A stretch of DNA of 64,000 nucleotides from Candidatus Humicultor tengchongensis. GTDB lineage: Bacteria; Sysuimicrobiota; Sysuimicrobiia; Sysuimicrobiales; Humicultoraceae. How positions within the stretch are numbered: the first letter of the stretch is position 1; each line of letters starts with the position of its first letter. The notes beneath the pieces are model-generated. The model was given only the letters and a program-made list of their open reading frames with translations. It was not told the origin of the DNA and searched no databases. This document shows, piece by piece, positions 27,331-37,400 of the stretch. The position numbers and the translations under genes were made by a program. The DNA lies in the NCBI GenBank assembly GCA_031459715.1, contig JAVKIA010000002.1:596-64595 (forward strand), in the 5' to 3' direction.

Positions 27331-28305
27331 ATGCCTGTGGAGCTAATGCGGGAGCGCTGGCCGGGAAAGGTCTTCAGCGTGACCATCGGCGCCACCCCCG
27401 CGGAGGGGGGGACGCGGGATCGGGCGCTGACCATCGGCGGGCACACCGCCCTTCCATTCGCCGGCGACGCCCCCAGCCCTAACCGGCCGCTGGTGGCCAT
27501 GGAGGTGCTGGACGCGGTGCCGCCGGACTGGCCGGAACACCTGCGGGAGCCGCTGGCTGACGTGGTGGACTCACCCGCCCGGTGGGCGCGCAAGTGCGTG
27601 GAGGTTTACGGCGCCGACCTGGTCTGCCTGCGCCTGGCCTCACCCCACCCCGACGGCCAGGACGCCCCCCCGGAGGAGGCGGTGGCCACGGTGCGGGCGG
27701 TGCTGGAGGCGGTGCCGGTGCCGCTGGTTATCCTGGGCTGCGGGCACGCCGACAAGGACAACGAGGTCTGGCCCCGGGTGACCGAGGCGGCCAGGGGCGA
27801 GCGTTGCCTGATCGGTGTGGCCGTCCCCGAGAACTACAAGACCCTGGTGGTGGCCTGCCTGGCGGACGGGCACAACGTCCTGGCCGAGGCCCCCATCGAC
27901 ATCAACATCCAGAAGCAACTCAACATCCTGATCACCGAAATGGGGCTGCCGCCGGATCGGATCGTCCTGCACCCCGGCACCGCCTCCCTGGGCTACGGCC
28001 TGGAGTATGAGTACTCCATCATGGAGCGCATCCGCCTGGCCGGGCTGCAGGGGGACAAGATGCTGGCCCAGCCCATGGCGGCCATCATCGGCTCTGAGGC
28101 GTGGAAGGCCAAGGAGGCCCGCCTGCCGGAGCAGGCGATGCCGGCCTGGGGCGCGGCGGCGCAGCGGGGTCCGGCCTGGGAGGCGGCTACCGCCGCCGCC
28201 TTCCTCCAGGCGGGCGCGGACATAGTGGTGCTGCTGCATCCGACGTCGGTGGCGGCGGTCAGGCGGGTGATCGCGGACCTTACCGCGGTCCCGGCGGAAG
28301 CGTAG
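27331..28305 (+). CDS. acsD: corrinoid iron-sulfur protein small subunit
   Basis: TIM-barrel CFeSP small-subunit pattern (RLASPHPDG..., EYEYSIMERIRLAGLQGDKML). 324 aa. Confidence 0.9.
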   Translation: MPVELMRERWPGKVFSVTIGATPAEGGTRDRALTIGGHTALPFAGDAPSPNRPLVAMEVLDAVPPDWPEHLREPLADVVDSPARWARKCVEVYGADLVCLRLASPHPDGQDAPPEEAVATVRAVLEAVPVPLVILGCGHADKDNEVWPRVTEAARGERCLIGVAVPENYKTLVVACLADGHNVLAEAPIDINIQKQLNILITEMGLPPDRIVLHPGTASLGYGLEYEYSIMERIRLAGLQGDKMLAQPMAAIIGSEAWKAKEARLPEQAMPAWGAAAQRGPAWEAATAAAFLQAGADIVVLLHPTSVAAVRRVIADLTAVPAEA

Positions 28306-28318
28306 GGAGGCGAGGAAG

Positions 28319-29119
28319 GTGTTTATCATCGGCGAGCGCATCAACGGCATGTTCCGCTCGGTGGCCCGGGCCATCCGGGAGCGGGACGCTGACGCCATCG
28401 CCGACCTGGCGCGTCGCCAGGTGGCTGCCGGAGCCCACGCCCTGGACATCAACACCGGCCCCACCGGTGAGGACCCGGCCGAGGTGATGACCTGGCTGGT
28501 GCAGACCGTACAGGAAGTCACCGACGTCCCCCTCTCCATCGACAGCCCCAGGCCGGCGGTCATCGCCGCCGGACTGCGCGCCTGCAGCGGGCGGGCGCTG
28601 ATCAACTCCACCACCGGCGCGCGGGAGAAGCTGGATGTGCTCCTGCCTCTGGCCCAGGAGTACGGCGCGGAGCTCATCGCCCTGACCATCGATGAACGGG
28701 GCATCCCCCGCAACGCCGCGGCCCGGGCAGAGATTGCCCTGGCCATCGTGGCCCGGGCTATGGAGGCCGGCTTCCCCACCGACCGCCTCTACCTGGACCC
28801 CATCGTCCTCCCGGTGAATGCGGCGCAGGATCAGTGCCGCGAGGCGCTGGTGGCCATGACCGCGTTCCGTACCCTTTGCGAGCCCGCTCCACACATCATC
28901 ATCGGCCTCTCCAACGTCTCGCAGGGGACAACCAACCGCAGCCTGATCAACCGCACCTATCTGGCCATGGCCCAGGCCTGCGGGTGCGACGCGGCCATCC
29001 TGGACCCCCTGGACCGGGACCTGATGGACGTGATGCGCACCGCCAGCATCCTGCTCAACCAGGAGATCTACTGCGAGGGCTACCTGCAGGCGCGGCCGCA
29101 GCCGGTGGAGGGGAGGTGA
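28319..29119 (+). CDS. acsE: methyltetrahydrofolate:corrinoid/iron-sulfur protein methyltransferase
   Basis: MFIIGERINGMFRSVARAIRERDADAI...GAHALDINTGP (pterin-binding domain). GTG start. Confidence 0.9.
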   Translation: MFIIGERINGMFRSVARAIRERDADAIADLARRQVAAGAHALDINTGPTGEDPAEVMTWLVQTVQEVTDVPLSIDSPRPAVIAAGLRACSGRALINSTTGAREKLDVLLPLAQEYGAELIALTIDERGIPRNAAARAEIALAIVARAMEAGFPTDRLYLDPIVLPVNAAQDQCREALVAMTAFRTLCEPAPHIIIGLSNVSQGTTNRSLINRTYLAMAQACGCDAAILDPLDRDLMDVMRTASILLNQEIYCEGYLQARPQPVEGR

Positions 29120-29592
29120 GCGCAGTGACCGGGCTGGCCCTGGGCAAGACGGTGGACGAGCTGGCGGTGGGCGACCGCGCCGCCATCACCAAGATCGTCA
29201 CCGACGCCGACATTCACCTGTACGTGGGCATCACGGGGGACCTGAACCCCCTGTACGTGGACGAGTCTTACGCCGCCGGGACGCGCTACCGCGGGCGCAT
29301 CGCCCCGGGGATCCTCACCACGGGGCTGGTGGTGGCCGTGATCAGCACCAAGCTGCCCGGACCGGGCACGATCCTGGAGCATCAGGAGTTACGCTTCACG
29401 GCGCCGGTGCGGCCGGGCGACGCCATCACCGCCTTCGTCGAGGTGGTGGAGGTCCTGCCCTCCCGGGGGCGCGCGCGCCTGCGCACCCTGTGCAAGAACC
29501 AGGACGGCGTCGTCGTGCTGGAGGGAGAGATGACCGTTTTGCCTCCGCCGCGGCCGTCCGAGATCCGGGAGCGAGGCATGGAGCCGCGGTGA
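29116..29592 (+). CDS. MaoC-like hotdog-fold dehydratase domain protein
   Basis: GDLNPLYVDESYAAGTRYRGRIAPGILTTGLVVAVIS matches the MaoC dehydratase signature. GTGA overlap with the acsE stop. Confidence 0.7.
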   Translation: MSAVTGLALGKTVDELAVGDRAAITKIVTDADIHLYVGITGDLNPLYVDESYAAGTRYRGRIAPGILTTGLVVAVISTKLPGPGTILEHQELRFTAPVRPGDAITAFVEVVEVLPSRGRARLRTLCKNQDGVVVLEGEMTVLPPPRPSEIRERGMEPR

Positions 29593-30974
29593 CCTACCAG
29601 GAGGCGCTGGCCTACATCTACGGGCTGCTGGGCGAGCGGCCGCGCACGTCCCAGCCCTACAGCCCGCTGAAGCTGGAGCGGATGCGCCACCTCTGCGCCC
29701 TGCTGGACCACCCGGAGCGGCGCTTTCCCGCGGTGCTGGTGGCCGGGACCAAGGGGAAGGGATCCACGGCGGCCATGCTGGCGGCCATGGCCCAGGCCGC
29801 CGGCCTGCGCGTCGGACTCTACACCAAGCCCCACCTGGTCGACTTCCGCGAGCGCATCCGCGTCAACGGCGAGCTGATCACCCCCCGCGAGGTGACAGCC
29901 TTGATGGCGGAGATCCCGGCGGCCATCGCCCACGGCGCGGGGGGGCCGGGCTGGCCGCCCACCTACTTCGAAGTGGCCGCCGCCCTGGCCTTCCTCCACT
30001 TCGCCCGCTGTCGCGTTGACCTGGCGGTGGTGGAGGTGGGCATCGGCGGTCGGCTGGACGCCACCAACGTGGTGGAGCCGGTGGTCGCCGTGATTACCAC
30101 CATCGACTACGACCACACCGACCTGCTGGGAGACGACCTGCGGGCCATCGCCATGGAGGATGCCGGGATCATCCGCCCCCGCGGGCGCGTGGTTACAGTC
30201 CCCCAGCCACCGGCGGCGCTGCAAGCGCTGGAGGAGACCGCCGCCGCCCAGGAGGCGACGCTGGTGCGGGTCGGCCGCGAGATCCGCTACCGCACGGTGC
30301 GGGTCTCCGCCCAGGGGCTCCGCTGCACCGTCGTCGGCCGCCGGAAGCGCTACCGCAACCTGCTGGTGCCCCTGATCGGCCGCCACCAGGCTCTGAACGC
30401 GGCGGCGGCCGTGGCCGCGTCAGAGCTGCTGGGGGAGGTGGGGTTCGCCATCCCCGAGGGGGCGGTGCGCGCCGGCCTGGCCGGCTTGCGCTGGCCCGCC
30501 CGCATCGAGATCGTGCGCCGCCACCCGCTGGTGGTGGTGGACGTGGCGCACAACCCGGTCTCCTTCCGCGCGCTGCGTGCCGCCCTGGACGAGACCTTCC
30601 GCGGGCACCGCCTGGTACTGGTGATCGGCCTGTTGGGCAACAAGGACCTGGTGGGGATCGCCCGCATCATCGGTCCGCGGGCGCGCTGCGTGGTGGCTAC
30701 CAGGGCGGAAGACCCGCGGACGCTGCCCGCGGCCCAGGTGGCGGAGGCGTTCCGCCCGTGGGTGCGGGAGGTGCACGTGGTGGACGATCCGGTGGACGCC
30801 GCGCGGTTCGCCATGCGCCAGGCTGCGGTCGACGATCTGGTCTGTGTCACCGGGTCGTTCCACGTGGCCGGCCCGGTGCGGGCGCACCTGAAGCGGCTGC
30901 CGGCGCCGCCCGATCTGGCCTGGAAGCGGCGGGCAGGGCGGGCCGCCGCCGGCGCCACCCCGGAGGTGGCCTAG
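29589..30974 (+). CDS. folC: folylpolyglutamate synthase/dihydrofolate synthase (Mur ligase family)
   Basis: VAGTKGKGSTAAMLAAM P-loop. Downstream Mur-ligase motifs. GTGA overlap with the upstream stop. Confidence 0.8.
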   Translation: MTYQEALAYIYGLLGERPRTSQPYSPLKLERMRHLCALLDHPERRFPAVLVAGTKGKGSTAAMLAAMAQAAGLRVGLYTKPHLVDFRERIRVNGELITPREVTALMAEIPAAIAHGAGGPGWPPTYFEVAAALAFLHFARCRVDLAVVEVGIGGRLDATNVVEPVVAVITTIDYDHTDLLGDDLRAIAMEDAGIIRPRGRVVTVPQPPAALQALEETAAAQEATLVRVGREIRYRTVRVSAQGLRCTVVGRRKRYRNLLVPLIGRHQALNAAAAVAASELLGEVGFAIPEGAVRAGLAGLRWPARIEIVRRHPLVVVDVAHNPVSFRALRAALDETFRGHRLVLVIGLLGNKDLVGIARIIGPRARCVVATRAEDPRTLPAAQVAEAFRPWVREVHVVDDPVDAARFAMRQAAVDDLVCVTGSFHVAGPVRAHLKRLPAPPDLAWKRRAGRAAAGATPEVA

Positions 30975-30975
30975 G

Positions 30976-31665
30976 ATGATCGTCGCCGAGCGCAAGCCCC
31001 TGGAAGCCATCCTGAAGATGATGGCTCCCTACCGGAGGGTCCTGGTAGTGGGCTGCGGCACCTGCGTTTCTGTCTGCCTGGCGGGCGGCGCGCGTGAGGT
31101 GGCTGTCCTCGGCTCCCAGGTACGCATGGCGCGCCGGCGTGCGGACAACCCCGTGGAAGTGGCGGAGGCCACCGTGCACCGGCAGTGTGACCGGGAGTTC
31201 CTCCTGCCGCTGGCCGCCCAGGTGGAGGCGGCAGAGGCGGTCTTCTCCATGGGTTGCGGCGCGGGCGTCCAGCTGCTGGCGGAGACCTTTCCCCAGCGCC
31301 GCGTCTTCCCGCTGCTGGACACCAAGTTCATGGGCGTCACCCTGCAGCCGGGGTGGTGGGCCGAGCGCTGCCGCGGTTGCGGGGAATGCGTCCTGGACCG
31401 CACCGGAGGCATCTGCCCCATTACCCGCTGCTCCAAGGGGCTGCTCAACGGCCCCTGCGGGGGATACCGCGACGGCAAGTGTGAGGTGGACCCGACGGTG
31501 GACTGCGGCTGGCTGATGATCTTCCAGCGGCTGAAGGAGCTGGACGCACTGGAATCCCTGCGCGAGATCCTGGGACCCAAAGACTGGTCCCTGGCCGCGG
31601 TAGGGCCGCCGCGGCGCGTGCTCCGCGAGGACGTCCGAATCTACGTTGAGGAGGGACCTGTATGA
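30976..31665 (+). CDS. metV: MTHFR C-terminal-domain zinc-ribbon/Fe-S protein (small subunit partnering MetF in acetogens)
   Basis: Cys-rich: GCGTCVSVC, CRGCGECV, ICPITRCSKGLLNGPCGGYRDGKCE. 229 aa. Confidence 0.7.
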   Translation: MIVAERKPLEAILKMMAPYRRVLVVGCGTCVSVCLAGGAREVAVLGSQVRMARRRADNPVEVAEATVHRQCDREFLLPLAAQVEAAEAVFSMGCGAGVQLLAETFPQRRVFPLLDTKFMGVTLQPGWWAERCRGCGECVLDRTGGICPITRCSKGLLNGPCGGYRDGKCEVDPTVDCGWLMIFQRLKELDALESLREILGPKDWSLAAVGPPRRVLREDVRIYVEEGPV

Positions 31666-33389
31666 GCGCAGTAGCCCCGATCCCCCCTGTGATGAAGAGC
31701 GACCTGGAGATCGCCCAGGAGGCCATCCTACTGCCGGTGGTGGAGGTGGCGCGGCGGCTGGGGTTGTCCGAGGACGACCTGGACCTCTACGGCAAGTATA
31801 AGGCCAAGATCCACCTGGACGTCCTGGACCGCCTGGCGGACCGGCCCAACGGCAAGTACGTAACCGTCACGGCCATTACCCCCACGCCCCTGGGCGAGGG
31901 CAAGACCACCACGGCCATCGGCCTGGGCATGGCCCTGAACCGCCTGGGACGCAAGACCATCAACACCCTGCGCCAGCCCTCCATGGGACCGACCTTCGGC
32001 ATCAAGGGGGGCGCCGCCGGCGGAGGCTACTCTCAGGCCGTGCCCATGGAGGACTTCAACCTCCACTTCACCGGTGACATCCACGCGGTGGCTGCGGCTC
32101 ACAACCTCCTGGCGGCCATGCTGGACGCACACATCATGCACGGCAACGAGCTGCGCATCGACCCCTACACCATCACCTGGCCACGGGTGGTGGACATAAG
32201 CGACCGGGCGCTGCGCAACATCATCATCGGGCTGGGGACCAAGGAGGACGGCCGGCCGCGGCAGGCGGGTTTCGACATTGCCGTGGCCAGCGAGGTTATG
32301 GCCATCCTGGCGCTGGCCAAAGACCTGCGCGACCTGCGGCAGCGGCTGGGGCGCATCGTCGTGGCCTTCACCGAGGACGGAGAGCCGGTGACCGCCGAGG
32401 ACCTGAAGGCGGCGGGCGCCATGGCCGTCCTGCTCAAGGACGCCCTGATGCCCAACCTCATCCAGACCCTGGAGAACACTCCGGTGATCGTGCACGCCGG
32501 GCCCTTTGCCAACATCGCCCACGGCAACAACTCCATCGTGGCCGACGCCATCGCCCTGAAGCTGGCCGACTTCGTGGTCACGGAGAGCGGCTTCGGCGCC
32601 GACTGCGGCGCGGAGAAGATGATCAACATCAAGTGCCGCTACAGCGGCCTCAAGCTCAACGCCGCGGTAATCGTGGCCACCATCCGCGCCCTAAAGATGC
32701 ACGGGGGGGTGGGCCGGGTCATCCCCGGCCGGCCCCTGCCCCCGGAACTGGTCAGCGAGAACGTGGAGGCGGTGCGCCGCGGCTGCGAGAACCTGGCCAA
32801 GCACGTGGAGAACATGCGGCTGCACGGGCTGCCGGTGGTGGTGGCCATCAACCTCTTCCCCAGCGACACCGACCGGGAAGTGGAGGTGGTTCGGGAGGCG
32901 GCGCTGGCCGCAGGGGCCATGGACGCGGTGACCACCGACAACCACGCCCGGGGCAGCCTGGGTGCCCTGGAACTGGCCCGCGCCGTGATCAGGGCGGCGG
33001 AGTCGGGGGCGGAGATGCGCTTCCTCTATCCGTTGGAGGCGTCCATCAAGGAGAAGATCGAGACCATCGCCACGCAGGTCTACGGCGCGGACGGGGTGGA
33101 CTACGAGCCGCTGGCGGAGCAAAAGATCAGGCTCTACACCAGGCTGGGCTACGACAGGCTTCCCATCAACATGGCCAAGACCCACCTCTCCCTCTCCCAC
33201 GATCCGAACCTGAAGGGGCGGCCGCGGAACTTCCGCCTGCCCATCCGGGACATCCGGGCGTCGGTGGGTGCGGGGTTCCTCTATCCGCTGTGCGGGGAGA
33301 TGCGCACCATGCCGGGGCTGCCCAAGGTCCCGGCGGCCACCAAGGTGGACCTGGACCTGGAGACGCGAAGGGTGGTGGGACTGTTCTAG
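31662..33389 (+). CDS. fhs: formate--tetrahydrofolate ligase
   Basis: TPTPLGEGKTTTAIGL P-loop and the FTHFS signature regions. 575 aa. ATGA overlap with metV. Confidence 0.95.
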   Translation: MSAVAPIPPVMKSDLEIAQEAILLPVVEVARRLGLSEDDLDLYGKYKAKIHLDVLDRLADRPNGKYVTVTAITPTPLGEGKTTTAIGLGMALNRLGRKTINTLRQPSMGPTFGIKGGAAGGGYSQAVPMEDFNLHFTGDIHAVAAAHNLLAAMLDAHIMHGNELRIDPYTITWPRVVDISDRALRNIIIGLGTKEDGRPRQAGFDIAVASEVMAILALAKDLRDLRQRLGRIVVAFTEDGEPVTAEDLKAAGAMAVLLKDALMPNLIQTLENTPVIVHAGPFANIAHGNNSIVADAIALKLADFVVTESGFGADCGAEKMINIKCRYSGLKLNAAVIVATIRALKMHGGVGRVIPGRPLPPELVSENVEAVRRGCENLAKHVENMRLHGLPVVVAINLFPSDTDREVEVVREAALAAGAMDAVTTDNHARGSLGALELARAVIRAAESGAEMRFLYPLEASIKEKIETIATQVYGADGVDYEPLAEQKIRLYTRLGYDRLPINMAKTHLSLSHDPNLKGRPRNFRLPIRDIRASVGAGFLYPLCGEMRTMPGLPKVPAATKVDLDLETRRVVGLF

Positions 33390-33483
33390 AGCAGTCCACA
33401 CATCTGCCGGTCGGCCCGGGGCGCGCCCAGCGGTTGCTGTGGAATCGCGGGTTCGTCCGGGATCCCGGGGGACGGGGGGCGAC

Positions 33484-34371
33484 ATGACGCTGCGGGAAGC
33501 GCTGGCCAGCGGCCGGTTCGTGGTCACGGCGGAAGCCCAGCCACCCAAGGGCACCGCCGTGGAGGAGGCCCTGCGGCAGGCGGAACAGTTGCGGGGGCGG
33601 GTGACGGCCTTCAACGTCACCGACCAGCAGAGTTCGGTGATGCGTCTGGGCTCACTCGCCCTCTGCCACCTCCTGGCGGAGCGCGGCCTGGAACCCATCT
33701 ACCAGGTGACCTGCCGCGACCGCAACCGGATTGCTCTGCAGTCGGACCTGCTCAGCGCTGCGGCGCTGGGCATCGAGAACGTTTTGTGCCTCACCGGCGA
33801 CCACGTGAGCCTGGGCGACCACCCCCAGGCCAAACCCGTCTTTGACCTGGACGCGGTCACCCTGCTGGTGGCGGCGCGGGCGCTGATGGAGGGACACGAC
33901 CTGGCGGGCCACGAGCTGGCGGGGGCCCCGCGATTCTTCCTGGGCGCGGTGGTCAGCCCCTGCGCCGAGCCGGTGGAACCGCAACTGTTCAAGATGGAGA
34001 AGAAGGTGCGGGCGGGCGCGCAGTTCTTCCAGACGCAGGCCGTCTTCGCCCTGGATCGATTCGCCGCCTTCATGGAGGTGGCGCGGGGATTCGGGGTACC
34101 GGTGATCGCCGGCATCATCCTCCTCAAGTCCGCCCGCATGGCCCGCTTCATGAACCAGAACATCCCCGGCATCCGCGTCCCCGAGGAGCTGATCCGGGAG
34201 CTGGAGGGGAGCAAAGACCGGGAGGGGACCAGCGTGACCATCGCCGCCCGGCTGATCCGCGAGCTGCGGCTCTCCTGCGCCGGGGTGCACATCATGGCCA
34301 TGGGGTGGGAGCACCTCATCCCCCGCGTGCTGGAGGCAAGTGGCCTGCCCGTCCCGGCGGAGGCGGCATGA
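33484..34371 (+). CDS. metF: 5,10-methylenetetrahydrofolate reductase
   Basis: FNVTDQQSSVMRLGSLALCHLL and CLTGDH match MetF TIM-barrel motifs. 296 aa. Confidence 0.85.
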   Translation: MTLREALASGRFVVTAEAQPPKGTAVEEALRQAEQLRGRVTAFNVTDQQSSVMRLGSLALCHLLAERGLEPIYQVTCRDRNRIALQSDLLSAAALGIENVLCLTGDHVSLGDHPQAKPVFDLDAVTLLVAARALMEGHDLAGHELAGAPRFFLGAVVSPCAEPVEPQLFKMEKKVRAGAQFFQTQAVFALDRFAAFMEVARGFGVPVIAGIILLKSARMARFMNQNIPGIRVPEELIRELEGSKDREGTSVTIAARLIRELRLSCAGVHIMAMGWEHLIPRVLEASGLPVPAEAA

Positions 34372-34428
34372 CCCGAGCGGCCCGCGGGGGGCGTGTGACG
34401 TGAGCAACCCGCCCGGAGGCGGTGTCAG

Positions 34429-37400
34429 GTGAGCCTGTCGGTGCCGGAAGGACAGGAGGGCGCGCCCGCGGCGGATCGCACCCTCCCGGTGGGTGCGGTC
34501 ATGGTTGTGGGCGGGGGGATCGCCGGTATCCAGGCGGCCCTCGACCTGGCCGACGCGGGGATCAAGGTCTACCTGGTGGAGCGCGCCCCGGCCGTCGGCG
34601 GGCGCATGGCCACGCTGGACAAGACCTTCCCCACCAACGACTGTGCCATGTGCATCCTTTCCCCCAAGCTGGGGGCGGTGGGGCGGCATCCCAACATCGA
34701 GATCTTGACGCTGGCGGAGCTGGAACGTCTGGAGGGAGTCCCGGGGGACTTCCGCGCCACCGTGCGGCGCCGGCCCCGGTTCGTCGATCCTGCCCTGTGC
34801 ACTGGCTGCGGCGACTGCGCCGCCGTCTGCCCGGTGCGGGTGCCCAGCGAGTTCGACGGCGGCCTGGCAGCGCGCACGGCCGTCTACCGGCTCTATGCGC
34901 AGGCCGTCCCCGGGGCCTACGCCATCGAAAAGCGCGGCCGCTCCCCCTGCCGCGACGCCTGCCCCATCCACCAGCGGGCGCAGGGGTACGTGGCACTGGT
35001 GGCCCAGGGGCGCTACGCGGAGGCGTTCCGCGTCATCCGCATGGACAACCCCTTTCCGGGGATCTGCGGGCGCGTCTGCAACCACCGCTGCGAGGACGCC
35101 TGCTCGCGTGGTCAGGTGGACGGGGCGGTGAACATCGCCGCCCTCAAGCGCTTCGTGGCGGACTGGGCCTACGCTCTACCCCGTCAGCCGGTGTCCCGCC
35201 TGACCCCCACGCGCGCTGAGCGGGTGGCCGTGGTGGGGTCGGGGCCCGCCGGCCTGACTGCGGCCAGAGACCTGGCGGCGCTGGGCTACGCGGTCACCGT
35301 CTTCGAGGCCCTCCCGGTGCCCGGGGGGATGATGCGCGTGGGCATCCCGGAGCACCGCCTGCCTGCGCCCATCGTCGAGCGGGAAATCGCCGACATCCTG
35401 GACCTGGGGGTGGAGCTGCGCTGCAACACCCGCGTAGGCCACGTGCGCGAGCTTTTTGCCGCCGGGTACGCCGCCGTCTTCCTGGCCACGGGGGCGCACC
35501 GCGCGCGCAGGCTGCCCCTCCCCGGCGCACACCTGCCGGGCGTGCTGGTAAGCACCGACGTCCTGCAGAACCACCGCCTGGGCAAGCCCGTACCCCTGGG
35601 CCAGCGGGTGCTGGTGCTGGGCGGCGGCAACGTGGGCTTCGACGTGGCCCGCACCTGCCTGCGGCTGGGCGCGCGGGAGGTGCACGTGGCCTGCCCGGAG
35701 GCGCGGGAAGCGATGCCGGCGCACCCGTGGGAGATTGCGGCGGCCGAGGAGGAAGGCGTGCAGGTCCATCCTTCGACGGCGTTCGTCCAGGTCGTCGAGC
35801 AAGACGGTCGCGCGACCGGCCTCCTCTGCCGCCGGGTCCGCTCCATGCACTTCGACGAGGCGCGGCGCCTCCACCTGGAGGTGGTCGAGGGCAGCGAGCA
35901 CCTGCTGGAGGCGGACACCATCGTTTTCGCCATCGGCCTGGCCCCGGACCTGGACCTGGTGCGGGGGCTGGAGGGGATCTCCACCACGCCCTGGGGGTCG
36001 CTGCAGGTGGACCCGCTCACCCAGGCCACCGGGTATCCGGGCCTCTTCGCCGGCGGGGACGTGACCACGGGGACGGCCTTCGTCGTGGACGCCATCGCCG
36101 CCGGCCACCGGGCGGCGCGGGGCATTGATGCCTACCTGCGGGGCATCGCCCTCCAGCCCGAACAGGCCGTCCGGGTGGCGAAGCTGACCCCTGAGGAAAT
36201 AGCCACGCGCCTGGCCCGCGGGCAGATCCGGCGGCAGCCGCGCCTGGCCGTGCACGTCCTGCCGCCGGAGGTGCGGCGCGCCTCCTTCATGGAGGTGGAA
36301 CGGGGCTTCACGGAGGAGGAGGCGCGGCGGGAGGCCTCGCGCTGTCTGGCCTGCGGTGTCTGCGCCGAGTGCCTGGAGTGCGTCCTGGCCTGCAAACGGA
36401 ACGCCATCAACCACGCCGAGCAGGAGCGAGTGGAGACCTACCGGGTGGGCGCGGTCATCCTCGCCGCCGGGGTGGAGCCCTTCGATGCCCTCCAAGCGGA
36501 GGCCTACGGGGTGGGTCGCTTCCCCAACGTCCTGGTCGGGCCACAGTTCGAACGGCTGCTTTCCGCCTCCGGCCCCACCCAGGGCCACATCCGGCGTCCC
36601 TCCGACGGGACGGAACCGAAGCGCATCGCCTTCCTCCAGTGCGTCGGGTCCCGCGACCAGCGCACCCGCTACTGCTCCGCGGTGTGCTGCATGTACGCCA
36701 CCAAGGAGGCGATGCTGGCCCGCGAGCACCTGCCGCAGGCCCAGGTGACCGTCTACTACGCCGACATGCGCGCCTTCGGCAAGGGCTTCGACGCCTACGT
36801 GGAGCGGGCGAAGCAGCAGGGTGTCCGCTACGTGCGCACGCGAGTGGCGGTACTGCGGGAAGACCCGCGGACGAGGAACCTGCGCTTCCGCGTGGAGGAG
36901 AACGGGAAGGTGCGGGAGGAAGAGGCCGACCTGGTGGTCCTCTCCGTGGGCCTGACCGCCCCCCGCGGTGCCGCGGAGCTGGCCCGCACCGCCGGGGTCG
37001 ACCTGAACCAATACGGCTTCGCCGCCACCGCCTCTCTGAGTCCTGTGCGCACCTCACGCCCGGGGGTCTTCGTCGCCGGGGGGTTCCGCGGCCCCAAGGA
37101 CATCCCCGACTCGGTGGTGGAGGGCAGCGCCGCCGCCGCAGCGGCCCTGGCGCTCCTGGCGCCGGCGCGCGGCACGCAGATCAACCCCAAGGTCTACCCG
37201 CCGGAGATGGTGCTGGACCCACAGCCGCGCATCGGCGTCTTTGTCTGTCACTGTGGCTCCAACATCGCCGGAGTGGTGGACGTGCAGGGCCTGGCCGCTT
37301 CTGCCCGCACGCTGCCCGGAGTGGTGCTGGCGGAGACCTCCCTGTACAATTGCTCCGCCGACAGTCTGGAGCGGATCAAGCAGGCCATCGCCGCAGACCA

